This document shows positions 36,706 to 46,595 of a stretch of DNA of 64,000 bases, piece by piece (positions within the stretch are counted from its first letter, which is position 1; the number at the start of each line of letters is the position of its first letter). This DNA is from Candidatus Roizmanbacteria bacterium UBA1450 (lineage in GTDB: Bacteria; Patescibacteriota; Microgenomatia; UBA1406; GWC2-37-13). Where the stretch lies: the NCBI GenBank assembly GCA_002329205.1, contig DCTC01000001.1, positions 18,530 to 82,529 on the forward strand, in the 5' to 3' direction. The notes under the pieces are model-generated. The model had not been told where the DNA came from, ran no database searches, and was given only the letters and a program-made list of their open reading frames with translations. Position numbers and translations under genes: made by a program.

Positions 36706-38442
36706 ATGAAAGATCAAGCTTACCTCAATGAACTCAGACATTCGGCTGCGCATTTGCTGGCAGCTGCCGTATTGGAATTGTATCCGCAGACAAAACTGAC
36801 TATCGGACCCCCTATTGAGGACGGCTTTTACTATGATTTTGAATTTGTTGAACCGATTTCAGAAAATGATCTTCAAAAGATTGAACAAAAAATGCGTGAA
36901 CTTGTCAAAAAATGGCACGGATTTGAAAGAAATGAAGTGTCTGTCGAAGAAGCATTGAAAGCATATGAAAATAACCCATACAAACAGGAGCTTATTCAAG
37001 AGATAGCAGACAAGGGGGAAACGGTATCTTTTTATCAATCAGGAGAATTTGTTGATCTCTGCCGAGGCGGACATATCGCCAAACCGAATGAAGAGTTGAA
37101 GCATTTCAAGCTGCTTTCCATTGCAGGTGCCTACTGGCGTGGAAGTGAGAAAAACACGATGCTTACCCGTATTTACGGTACGGCTTTCCCGACAAAGGAA
37201 GAACTGGATGCATATATATTGCAGCGTGAAGAAGCTAAAAAGCGCGATCATAAAAAACTGGGGAAAGAACTTGATCTATTTGTCTTTTCTGATCTTGTCG
37301 GACCCGGACTACCCTTGTGGACACCAAAAGGAACTCTTGTCCGTAATCTGCTGGATGACTATGTCTGGCAGTTGAGAAAAGAAAAAGGATATGCTCGTGT
37401 TGAGATCCCTCATATAACCAAAAAAGAACTGTATGAAACATCAGGACATTGGGCAAAATTTTCAGATGAGCTTTTTAAAATTACGACCCGTGAAGGACAT
37501 GAGTTTGCAATGAAACCCATGAACTGTCCTCATCATACCCAGATTTATGCAAGACGCAAATGGAGCTTCAGAGAGCTTCCACAAAGATATGCCAATACAA
37601 CTACCTGCTACAGGGATGAACAGACAGGAGAACTGTCAGGACTGTCACGAGTCCGGGCTTTCAGCCAGGATGATGCACATGTATTTGCACGCTTTACACA
37701 GGTAAAAGAGGAATTCCTGAAAATCTGGGATATCGTTCAGACATTCTACAGTTCATTCGGATTTGACCTCAAAATCAGGCTATCCCTGCATGATCCCCAG
37801 GAACCTGACAAATATCTCGGAGGCGAGGAAAAATGGAAAGAGGCTGAACATATGCTTCGTGAAATTGTACAGGAAAAGAAAGCTGACGCATATGAAGCGA
37901 CAGGTGAAGCGGCATTTTACGGACCCAAATTAGATTTTATGGCCAAAGATTCTTTGGGCCGAGAATGGCAAGTTGCGACAATCCAGCTCGACATGAATAT
38001 GCCTGAACGCTTTGACCTCTCGTGCGTGAATGAAAAAGGCGAAGAAGAGCGCATTGTTATGATCCACGCCGCAATTATGGGCTCCATTGAACGATTTCTT
38101 TCTATCATTATCGAGCACTATGCTGGCGCATTCCCGTTCTGGCTATCACCAGTACAAGTCCGCATTATCCCGATTGCCGAACGCCACAATGAATACTCGT
38201 ACCAAGTACTCCGCTCCTTAGAACAGGTCGGTGTGCGCTCCGAAGTGGATGACAAATCAGAATCCATGCAAAAGAAAATTAGAAATGCTCAACGAGAGAA
38301 AATACCTTACATGCTCATCGTCGGAGACCGAGAAATGGAGTCAAAGGAAGTCAATGTACGTGCACGGGACGGAAAAACCGAGAATATGAAGGTGGAAGAT
38401 TTTACAGAAATGGCAGAAGAAAAGATAAAAAACAAATCCTAA
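36706..38442 (+). CDS. thrS: Threonine--tRNA ligase (no TGS domain)
   Basis: RHSAAH, DLCRGGH, KPMNCPHH, GEAAFYGPK, MIHAAIMGSIERF. Confidence 0.97.
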   Translation: MKDQAYLNELRHSAAHLLAAAVLELYPQTKLTIGPPIEDGFYYDFEFVEPISENDLQKIEQKMRELVKKWHGFERNEVSVEEALKAYENNPYKQELIQEIADKGETVSFYQSGEFVDLCRGGHIAKPNEELKHFKLLSIAGAYWRGSEKNTMLTRIYGTAFPTKEELDAYILQREEAKKRDHKKLGKELDLFVFSDLVGPGLPLWTPKGTLVRNLLDDYVWQLRKEKGYARVEIPHITKKELYETSGHWAKFSDELFKITTREGHEFAMKPMNCPHHTQIYARRKWSFRELPQRYANTTTCYRDEQTGELSGLSRVRAFSQDDAHVFARFTQVKEEFLKIWDIVQTFYSSFGFDLKIRLSLHDPQEPDKYLGGEEKWKEAEHMLREIVQEKKADAYEATGEAAFYGPKLDFMAKDSLGREWQVATIQLDMNMPERFDLSCVNEKGEEERIVMIHAAIMGSIERFLSIIIEHYAGAFPFWLSPVQVRIIPIAERHNEYSYQVLRSLEQVGVRSEVDDKSESMQKKIRNAQREKIPYMLIVGDREMESKEVNVRARDGKTENMKVEDFTEMAEEKIKNKS

Positions 38443-38477
38443 TCCAAAATTGATTAGGAGAAATTATCAATACTATT

Positions 38478-39107
38478 ATGATTCTCTCACTCATCGGCAT
38501 GTCAAGTGCCGGTAAAACACACTGGTCACATGAATTGCAAAGAAACGGATATACCCGTATCACCTGTGATGAGCTTATCGAACGAAAACTGGAGCCGGAG
38601 CTTCGCAGGCACGGTTATCAAGGCCTCAATGATGTCGCCAGGTGGATGGGCCATCCTTTTGATCCTCAATATCCTAAAACAAGTACAACATATCTGTCAT
38701 TTGAAGTTGAGGTAATGGAAGAAATATTTTCTGATATTGAACAACTACGGGGAAAAAGTTCGAAAATTGTTATAGACACTACCGGTAGTGTCATATACAC
38801 TACCCCTAGTGTTTTACATCAATTAAAAGAGCATACGACAATTATTTATTTGGACATTCCTCAGGAGAAGAAACAGGAACTCTATCAGGAATTTCTTCGC
38901 AACCCAAAACCGATTATTTGGGGAGACCTCTACCGGAAGCGCGAAGAAGAATCTCAGGAACAAGCGCTCGCGCGATGTTATCTCGAACTTCTCACATACA
39001 GATCAAAACAATATGAAAAAATTGCTGACATAACCATTCCCTTTGATATTCACCGCCAGGAAGGATTTACCGCAGCTGACTTTGTCCACCATATTGCCAC
39101 TCTATGA
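38478..39107 (+). CDS. Shikimate-kinase-like P-loop kinase (candidate homoserine kinase)
   Basis: LIGMSSAGKT Walker A, VIDTTGS, IIYLD, R...YEKIAD; stop overlaps the thrC start (ATGA). Confidence 0.8.
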   Translation: MILSLIGMSSAGKTHWSHELQRNGYTRITCDELIERKLEPELRRHGYQGLNDVARWMGHPFDPQYPKTSTTYLSFEVEVMEEIFSDIEQLRGKSSKIVIDTTGSVIYTTPSVLHQLKEHTTIIYLDIPQEKKQELYQEFLRNPKPIIWGDLYRKREEESQEQALARCYLELLTYRSKQYEKIADITIPFDIHRQEGFTAADFVHHIATL

Positions 39108-40381
39108 AATACATTAGTACGCGGGGAAGCAGTCCCGCAGTTTCATTCAAAGAAGCACTGTTTCATGGCCTGGCATCTGACGGAGGCCTCTATATTCCTG
39201 AGACATTCCCGGCTCTTTCACCAAAACAAATCGAATCTCTCAAAACAGCACCTCTTGATGAGCTTGGCGCTGTATTGCTGGGGCTTTTTATTACTGATAT
39301 TCCTCATACTAGATTGCAACAGATCGTCAAACAAGGTCTTTCATTTCCTTTACCGATGAAAAAAGTCGGAAGTACATCCGTACTTGAACTTTTTCATGGT
39401 CCGACTATGGCATTCAAGGATGTCGCAGCACAAATACTGCCTCTCATGATGGAATATTATCTAGAAAAAGAGAAACGGAGAATAACGATTTTGACAGCAA
39501 CGTCAGGAGATACCGGGGGAGCTGTAGCACACGGTTTTGCGAACAAAAAAAATATTCAGGTAGTTATTCTTTTCCCACACGGGAATGTAAGTGAGCTTCA
39601 AAGAAAGCAATTAACTCAAGTTGCAGAAAACATATTTCCTATTGAAGTAAAAGGAACATTTGATGACTGTCAATCTATTGTTAAAAAAGCCTTTGCAGAC
39701 TCCGCGTTCAAGAGACTGAACCTTACATCGGCAAACTCCATAAATATTGGCAGGTTACTTCCGCAGATGATTTATTATGCGTATGTTTGGCAGCAATTGA
39801 ACACCGAGCATATACAATTTATAGTTCCCTCCGGAAATATGGGCAACATAACTGCCGGTCTCTATGCACAAAAAATCGGTATTCCTATTCAATCATTTGT
39901 TGCCGCCTGCAATATCAATGACCCTGTTGTTCAATACTATCAGCACGGAATCTTTAAACCGCAAAATTCCGTAAGAACTCTCTCAACCGCGATGGATATT
40001 GGCAATCCGAGCAATTTTGAACGAATCCTTTCTCTTATGCAACATAATCACAAGACATTCATCAAACAGGTACAGGCGGTGACGGTAACTGATGAAGAAA
40101 CTGTTGAAACCATCAAACAGGTTTATAACAGATACAAGTATCTGCTCGACCCTCATACAGCAGTTGCTTGGAGCGCGTATGAACGGTTAGAATCAGAAGC
40201 ATCGCAGAGTGTTGTGATATCTACTGCCTCACCTGATAAATTTGAGTCAGAAATATTGAGGGCAACTGGTATCCGATTTACAGTGAAAAAAAATAAGTAT
40301 AATAATACAGAACGGGTATTTACTACATCATGTAACTACCCCGAAGTGAGCAGGTATATTCTGGGGTTGTTAGAAGAATAA
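39104..40381 (+). CDS. thrC: Threonine synthase
   Basis: MKYISTRG, GLASDGGLYIP, LELFHGPTMAFKD (PLP Lys), ATSGDTG, SANSINIGR, VPSGNMGN, DPHTAVA. Confidence 0.95.
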   Translation: MKYISTRGSSPAVSFKEALFHGLASDGGLYIPETFPALSPKQIESLKTAPLDELGAVLLGLFITDIPHTRLQQIVKQGLSFPLPMKKVGSTSVLELFHGPTMAFKDVAAQILPLMMEYYLEKEKRRITILTATSGDTGGAVAHGFANKKNIQVVILFPHGNVSELQRKQLTQVAENIFPIEVKGTFDDCQSIVKKAFADSAFKRLNLTSANSINIGRLLPQMIYYAYVWQQLNTEHIQFIVPSGNMGNITAGLYAQKIGIPIQSFVAACNINDPVVQYYQHGIFKPQNSVRTLSTAMDIGNPSNFERILSLMQHNHKTFIKQVQAVTVTDEETVETIKQVYNRYKYLLDPHTAVAWSAYERLESEASQSVVISTASPDKFESEILRATGIRFTVKKNKYNNTERVFTTSCNYPEVSRYILGLLEE

Positions 40382-40386
40382 TTGCC

Positions 40387-40475
40387 TTGCAAATAGACTA
40401 TTTTCCATTTATAATAACTAAACCCCGTAGCTGACAGAGCATGTATCCTTAGTGATACATTCTGTTTTACGGGGT
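40387..40475 (+). promoter_or_regulatory. infC promoter and structured 5' leader
   Basis: TTGCAA-17-TATAAT (40387-40415); three-segment hairpin 40422-40475. Confidence 0.65.
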
Positions 40476-40501
40476 ATATTGATGAATTCAATACTATCAA
40501 C

Positions 40502-41047
40502 TTGAGGAACCAAAGATATTTCAGCAGCAGAACGAACAAAACCGGTAAATATTACTATACTAATACAAGAATTCAGGAACAAGAACTACGCGTTATTGAC
40601 AACAAGGGAGAACAAGTTGGTGTTATGTCGCGGGATGAAGCAATCTCTGAAGCCGGCAAACGAGGTCTTGATCTGGTACTTATAGCTCAAAATGCCAAAC
40701 CTCCTGTAGCAAAGATAACTGACTTCAAAAAGTTTCTGTATGAACAGGAAAAAAAGCAGAAAGAAGCAAAAAAAGGAGCGAAGAAAAGTGTAGTAAAAGA
40801 TATTAAATTGTCACTTTTTATCGGGCCCGCAGATCTCGAACGATTGGTGAATAAAACGAAAGAGTTTCTTGATGAAGGAAACCAAGTCCGTCTTAATCTG
40901 ACGCTAAAAGGTCGTGAAATTGTCAAAAAGCAAATGGCATTTGATCTTTTGAAAAAATTTATTCAGGATCTCGGTGAAGTTAATATATCAAAAGAACCGA
41001 GGTTGGAAGGCCGCGTCGTCCGTGCAGTCGTATCAAGAAAGAAATAA
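40502..41047 (+). CDS. infC: Translation initiation factor IF-3 (non-AUG start)
   Basis: RVIDNKGEQVGVM, GLDLVLIA..AKPPVAKI.DFKKFLYE, KGRE; no in-frame ATG before the domain. Confidence 0.95.
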   Translation: MRNQRYFSSRTNKTGKYYYTNTRIQEQELRVIDNKGEQVGVMSRDEAISEAGKRGLDLVLIAQNAKPPVAKITDFKKFLYEQEKKQKEAKKGAKKSVVKDIKLSLFIGPADLERLVNKTKEFLDEGNQVRLNLTLKGREIVKKQMAFDLLKKFIQDLGEVNISKEPRLEGRVVRAVVSRKK

Positions 41048-41112
41048 AATCATTTCAGTTACACTTTTTATTTTTATAAGGTAAAATATAAGCTTTCAGA
41101 AGGAATAGTCAT

Positions 41113-41316
41113 ATGGCACAATCAAAACAAAAAACACATAAATCAGCCGCAAAGAGATTCAAAATCACAGGAAGTGGTAAAGTGTCTCATAGATCGCACA
41201 AAATTCGACATCTTTTATCTAAAAAATCCAGAAAAAGAGTCCGCAGCCTAAAACTTGAAAAAAATGTCGAGGGAAGAGCTGCTAAAAAAATTAAACAGTT
41301 GCTCGGAGAAGCGTAA
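41113..41316 (+). CDS. rpmI: 50S ribosomal protein L35
   Basis: KQKTHKSAAKRFKITGSGK. Confidence 0.95.
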   Translation: MAQSKQKTHKSAAKRFKITGSGKVSHRSHKIRHLLSKKSRKRVRSLKLEKNVEGRAAKKIKQLLGEA

Positions 41317-41334
41317 AAAATATTTCTATAACCT

Positions 41335-41682
41335 ATGGTACGTGTTAAAGGCGGAACTGCCTCAAAAAGAAAACATAATCGAGTACTCAAGCTTGCAAAA
41401 GGGTACTGGATGTCCAGAAGCAAACAGTTTAAAAAAGCTCAAGAAGCCGTACTCCATGCCGGAGAATATGCTTTTGCAGGCCGCAAGCTGAAAAAACGCG
41501 ATTTCAGATCGCTCTGGATCACGCGTATCAATGCTGCTTTAAAAGAAAACGGGCTGAAATATAATCAATTCATTCATACCCTAAAAACGAAAAAATCGAA
41601 AGTCGACCGTAAAATCTGGGCACAGATTGCGCTTGAACATCCGACTGTCTTTGATAAGATCGTCGAACAGATGAAGAAATAA
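41335..41682 (+). CDS. rplT: 50S ribosomal protein L20
   Basis: MVRVKGG, LAKGY, KKRDFRSLWITRINAA. Confidence 0.97.
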   Translation: MVRVKGGTASKRKHNRVLKLAKGYWMSRSKQFKKAQEAVLHAGEYAFAGRKLKKRDFRSLWITRINAALKENGLKYNQFIHTLKTKKSKVDRKIWAQIALEHPTVFDKIVEQMKK

Positions 41683-41763
41683 TGTATTGTTCAATATCCG
41701 ACGGCTACTGATCAGGATGACAAAAGTTATATTTTCCTTCTAGAAGTCTGGTACTATTATTAC

Positions 41764-42810
41764 ATGAAATCTGCAAAAGAACTTCTCCAACATTTCCAGA
41801 AACAACTAGCAGCAATCACTTCATTGAACACATTAGAGGAACTTAAAATTGAGTATTTAGGCAGGAACGGACGCATCAATCAGCAGCTGAAAAATATTAC
41901 GCAGATTGATCCTTCAGAACGTCGTGAGTTCGGACAGGAATTAAACACTCTTAAGGAACAGATAACGCAGGAAATTGAACTAAAACGAAAAAAACTTCTG
42001 CAAATTGAGAGTACCAAACAAACGATTGATACAACACTCCCTGCAAAATCATACCCGAAGGGAAGCCTACATCTTGTCACATATGCAATCGAAGAGATTA
42101 GTCATATTTTCGAAAAAATCGGATTTATCCGAATGTCATATCCTGAGGTAGAATGGGAATTTTTCTCTTTTGAAGCTCTCAACATGCCGTCTGATCATCC
42201 AGCACGGGACGATTTTGAGACGTTTTTTATGGATTACGAACCACACAAAGAACACGGGAAGATGGTACTTACTCCACACACCTCATCAGGACAAAACAGA
42301 GAAATGAGACGTTTGGGCAAACCACCGATCCGCATGATCAATATCGCAAAAACATACCGCCCGAACTGGGATGCTTCTCATGTACCGATGTTTCACCAAT
42401 TTGAGGGACTGTGTGTCGACAAAAGAATAAATATTACTCATTTGAAAGGAACAATTGATTATTTTGCCAAACAGTTTTTCGGAGAAGAACGGGAAACCAG
42501 ACTGCGTCCGTTTCACTTTCAGTTTACAGAACCGTCATTTGAAGTAGATATCACCTGTGATATCTGTCAGGGAACCGGCAAAGTCAACGGTGAGAAATGC
42601 CGTTTGTGCAAGCAAGGGTGGCTTGAACTGGGAGGAACGGGAATGGTTCATCCAAATGTGTTAAAAGCTGGCGGAATCGATCCTGATGAATATACCGGCT
42701 GGGCATTCGGTTTCGGGGTCGAGCGTGTCATGATGATGAAACCTGGTATCGGTCTCAACAATATGAGACTATTGTACGATGGCGACATAAGAGTTCTTGA
42801 GCAATTTTAG
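41764..42810 (+). CDS. pheS: Phenylalanine--tRNA ligase alpha subunit
   Basis: HPARD, PHTS, HVPMFHQFEGL, FQFTEPSFE, GWAFGFGVER. Confidence 0.97.
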   Translation: MKSAKELLQHFQKQLAAITSLNTLEELKIEYLGRNGRINQQLKNITQIDPSERREFGQELNTLKEQITQEIELKRKKLLQIESTKQTIDTTLPAKSYPKGSLHLVTYAIEEISHIFEKIGFIRMSYPEVEWEFFSFEALNMPSDHPARDDFETFFMDYEPHKEHGKMVLTPHTSSGQNREMRRLGKPPIRMINIAKTYRPNWDASHVPMFHQFEGLCVDKRINITHLKGTIDYFAKQFFGEERETRLRPFHFQFTEPSFEVDITCDICQGTGKVNGEKCRLCKQGWLELGGTGMVHPNVLKAGGIDPDEYTGWAFGFGVERVMMMKPGIGLNNMRLLYDGDIRVLEQF

Positions 42811-42893
42811 TCTTTAGGTAAAAAGTAAAAGGGAAGAAGTTACAAGTATTTGACTTCTTACCTCTTATCTATTACCTATTACTTAGAAAAAAT

Positions 42894-44912
42894 TTGAACA
42901 TAAAAATCACTTACAACTGGCTTTTGGAGTATCTGGAAACGGATGCCGATCCCTATGAGATGCAGAAATATCTTTCACTCAGCGGGCCGTCCATTGAAAC
43001 GGTAGAGAAAGTCGGCGATGATTATGTATTTGATATCGAGATCACGTCAAATCGTATTGATATGGCAAGTGTTTTCGGAGTCGCACAGGAAGCTCAGGCA
43101 ATCTTGCCTCAATTCGGGAAGAAGGCAAAACTGAAATTCAATCCGCTTGAAAAATATACGTTTGATAACTTGCATGCAGAACCGGTACCGACTCATAAAC
43201 TTGATGTCACAATCGAAGATCCTGAGCTTTGTTCACGATTCACGGCAATGGTCATTTCAGATGTACAGATAAAGCCGTCATCGGAAATTATTAAAAGGAG
43301 ACTGGAACTTTCGGATATCAGATCCCTCAACAATGTTATTGATATTTCAAACTATCTGATGCTTTCACTCGGACAGCCGACTCATATGTTTGATTTTGAT
43401 CAGATCAAAGATCAGAAAATGATTTTGAGGAGAAGCAAAAAAGGTGAGAAAATGACCACACTGGACGGAAAAGAATTTTCCCTTCCAGGCGACGACATCA
43501 TCATTGAAGACGGATCGGGTAGGATTATTGATCTCTGCGGTATCATGGGAGGAGAAAATTCGTCCATTACGGAAGACACGAGAAACGTACTCTTTTTTGT
43601 GCAAACATACAACAAACGCCATATTAGAAAAACATCAATGACGACCGGACAGAGGACAATGGCTGCCACATATTTTGAAAAAGGACTTGATCCTGAACGG
43701 GTCGAATCTGCATTCGTATACGGTATTGATCTTCTCTTGGAAGCAACCGGCGGACATGCATCTTCTGAACTGGTGGATCTTTATCCTCACAAACGCGAAG
43801 AGAAAAAAGTAAAGGTGTATCTCAAGGATATCCACCGTGTCATCGGTGTGACGATTGATGAAAAGAAGGTTACAGCCATTCTTGAAGATCTCGGTTTTAC
43901 TGTCAAACGTCATGAGAATGAGGAACTGGCATATCCTGACGGAGTATATTTTGAAGTGACTGTTCCCACGTATCGTACTGACGATGTCGATATCAAAGAA
44001 GATATCATTGAAGAAGTCGCGCGGGTATACGGATACTACAATCTCCCAAACAACATTTCACCGCTTATCTATATCAAGCAACCGCATGATATGGAAATGC
44101 TTTTTAAAACAATCTCAAAATCAAAACACTATCTGAAACATATCGGACTCCATGAATTCATCAATTACTCAATGGTATCAGAAGAGCTTCTGAAAAATCT
44201 CGGTATGGATCCCTCCAAGCATCTCAAACTTTCAAACACCATTTCAAAAGAGATTGAGTTCATGAGGCGATCTCTTGCCGTGTCACTTGTCAAAAATATC
44301 AAAGACAATCAGGGAAAAAAAGATATTCTTAAGATATTTGAGATCGCAAAGATATATACCCCTCGCAATGAAGATCTTCCTGAAGAACAGTATGTTTTGA
44401 CAATTGCAGTCACAACTGATTTTTTCGATCTTAAAGGAATTGTTGAAGGATTGATGAGAGAGCTCAATATAAACAATTACACCTATGAAACAAAAGAAAC
44501 TGACTTGCTTTCACAAAATACTTCAACTGCAATTATGTCCGAAGACAAGCAAGTAGGACGACTGGGAATGCTGAGGAAAGAATACGCTGAGAACATGGCA
44601 CTTACAGAAGACGTATACATCGCCGAGATTGATTTCGATTTTATACAAAACAACTATTCAATTACTAAGCCGTACAAAGATCCTATCACGACAGCCATGG
44701 TCAAGCTTGACGCGACGATCGACATGAAAGAACGGGTCTACGGAGAACTGGAAAAGAAAGCGTATAACGCATCGCATCTGCTTCAGGATATCGAAATCAT
44801 CGATCGCTACAAAGAAAACCTTACCATCCGCTTTTACTTTGCAGATCCTTCAAAAAATATCACCGAAGCTGAAGCAAAACACGAACTTGAAACGATATTG
44901 AAACAGATATAA
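42894..44912 (+). CDS. pheT: Phenylalanine--tRNA ligase beta subunit (shortened, TTG start)
   Basis: EITSNRID, NNVIDISNY.M..LGQPTH.FD, GIMGG, VPTYR.D...DIIEEVARVYGY. Confidence 0.95.
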   Translation: MNIKITYNWLLEYLETDADPYEMQKYLSLSGPSIETVEKVGDDYVFDIEITSNRIDMASVFGVAQEAQAILPQFGKKAKLKFNPLEKYTFDNLHAEPVPTHKLDVTIEDPELCSRFTAMVISDVQIKPSSEIIKRRLELSDIRSLNNVIDISNYLMLSLGQPTHMFDFDQIKDQKMILRRSKKGEKMTTLDGKEFSLPGDDIIIEDGSGRIIDLCGIMGGENSSITEDTRNVLFFVQTYNKRHIRKTSMTTGQRTMAATYFEKGLDPERVESAFVYGIDLLLEATGGHASSELVDLYPHKREEKKVKVYLKDIHRVIGVTIDEKKVTAILEDLGFTVKRHENEELAYPDGVYFEVTVPTYRTDDVDIKEDIIEEVARVYGYYNLPNNISPLIYIKQPHDMEMLFKTISKSKHYLKHIGLHEFINYSMVSEELLKNLGMDPSKHLKLSNTISKEIEFMRRSLAVSLVKNIKDNQGKKDILKIFEIAKIYTPRNEDLPEEQYVLTIAVTTDFFDLKGIVEGLMRELNINNYTYETKETDLLSQNTSTAIMSEDKQVGRLGMLRKEYAENMALTEDVYIAEIDFDFIQNNYSITKPYKDPITTAMVKLDATIDMKERVYGELEKKAYNASHLLQDIEIIDRYKENLTIRFYFADPSKNITEAEAKHELETILKQI

Positions 44913-45030
44913 AACGGAGCTGTGTATGGGCATGTATTCTGATGGCTTCAACAACACGCAATCTTTATCTGCTTTAAATTCTTACCATTGCTTTCGGAAA
45001 TCATAGATTTATTTTTGCTACAATATCCAC

Positions 45031-45675
45031 ATGGCTTCACACCGATACTCAACTATTCTTTTCGATTTTGATGGATGTATCGCCAATACCCTTCCAATTT
45101 GGCTCAAAAGCTTCAGGAAAACTTTCAATTCCCTCAATGTTGAAATATCAGACAGAGATATCATTGACAATGCATTTCATCGCTGGGATGCAAAACCGGA
45201 ACTCAAAATCCCCGATCTTGAATTTTTTAAAAATGATTTATACGCAAACTTTCATCAATACTCACAAAAACTGCAAACTCATGAAGGATTCATAGAGATT
45301 GCAACAACACTGCGATCCAGCGGTATAAAAACTGCGGTTGTGACTTCTACACTACGCCGTACAATCAATGCTATGCTGAAAGATCTCTCCTGTGAAAAAT
45401 TATTTGATACTACGCTTGCTTGGGAAGATACAATTAAAAATAAGCCTGATCCAGAGCCACTCCTCAAAGCTATGGAACGATTGGGTGTCCGTCCCGATGA
45501 AACGATCATGATAGGGGATAATGAAGTTGATATAATTGCAGCACAACAAGCACAAGTCACCAGTATCTGGTATTACCCTGAGGTCAATGAGTATTTCTAT
45601 CCAGAAAACAAATTTGCACATCATAAACCTCACTTTACCATCAAACATTTTCAAGAACTTTTTGAAATACTATGA
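45031..45675 (+). CDS. HAD-IA family hydrolase
   Basis: FDFDGC, VVTS, KPDPEP, MIGD..VD. Confidence 0.9.
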   Translation: MASHRYSTILFDFDGCIANTLPIWLKSFRKTFNSLNVEISDRDIIDNAFHRWDAKPELKIPDLEFFKNDLYANFHQYSQKLQTHEGFIEIATTLRSSGIKTAVVTSTLRRTINAMLKDLSCEKLFDTTLAWEDTIKNKPDPEPLLKAMERLGVRPDETIMIGDNEVDIIAAQQAQVTSIWYYPEVNEYFYPENKFAHHKPHFTIKHFQELFEIL

Positions 45676-46595
45676 AAACATCGTTAGTACACTTTTTATC
45701 AACCGATAATCTCAGGCTCCCGGGTCTGTTGTATGAGCCTGAAATAAAAACAAAACAGGCAGCAATTTTTCTTCATGGCTGCGGGAGTTCATCTGTTTTT
45801 TATAAACCCGAAATGAATATATTCGCAGACATTTTTACCCGCCACAATATCGCATTTTTCCCTTTTAATAATCGGGGTGCACACCTCATAAAAACATTGA
45901 AACAGGAAAGCGGTAATGAAGAATCGGAGGCAGAGCGAATTACAGCAGGAACATACTACGAAATTATCAGTGATTGCACAAAAGATATTGATGGTGCTAT
46001 TCATTTTCTGCGAGGACAAGGATTCGAAACATTCTATCTCATCGGGCATTCGACAGGTGCAAATAAAATTGCAGTGTATCATTACAATAATACAAAAAAT
46101 CCTATATCAAAATATATCCTGCTTGCCGGAGGAGATGATACGGGGCTTACCTATGAAATGATGGGTGAAAAACGATTTAAGCAGGCGCTTACTAGATGTG
46201 AAAAGGAACTCCGAAACGGAAACGGTGATAAGCCTGTCCCTAAGTATATTTATCCCGAACCATACTCATTTCGGGCTCTCTATGATGTCATCAATCCCGA
46301 GGGAGACTACAATACATTTCCATTTTATGAGTATTTGAATAATCAGAAACTTTCAGAGAAACCTCTTTTCAGGGAGTATCAATCAATTAATAAGCCGGTA
46401 CTTGTCGTATACGGAGAGCATGATGAATTTTGCTACGGCAATGTCCCTGCCTGTATTGAGGCATTAAAAGAACATACAAAATCTCAGACCGATGCTGCAT
46501 TCGAAATAATTCCTGAAACGGGACACGGTTTTGATGGAAAAGAAAAAGAACTTGGAGGATTGATGGCACGGTGGCTTACTTCCAGTCTTCATTGA
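45672..46595 (+). CDS. Alpha/beta hydrolase (DUF1749-like)
   Basis: FLHG, FNNRG, GHSTGA nucleophile elbow, YGEHDE, GHGF. Confidence 0.88.
   Translation: MKTSLVHFLSTDNLRLPGLLYEPEIKTKQAAIFLHGCGSSSVFYKPEMNIFADIFTRHNIAFFPFNNRGAHLIKTLKQESGNEESEAERITAGTYYEIISDCTKDIDGAIHFLRGQGFETFYLIGHSTGANKIAVYHYNNTKNPISKYILLAGGDDTGLTYEMMGEKRFKQALTRCEKELRNGNGDKPVPKYIYPEPYSFRALYDVINPEGDYNTFPFYEYLNNQKLSEKPLFREYQSINKPVLVVYGEHDEFCYGNVPACIEALKEHTKSQTDAAFEIIPETGHGFDGKEKELGGLMARWLTSSLH

Noticed and set aside
42550..42625. CxxC...CxxC insert in PheS
   Set aside because: Common in many bacterial PheS proteins, not unusual
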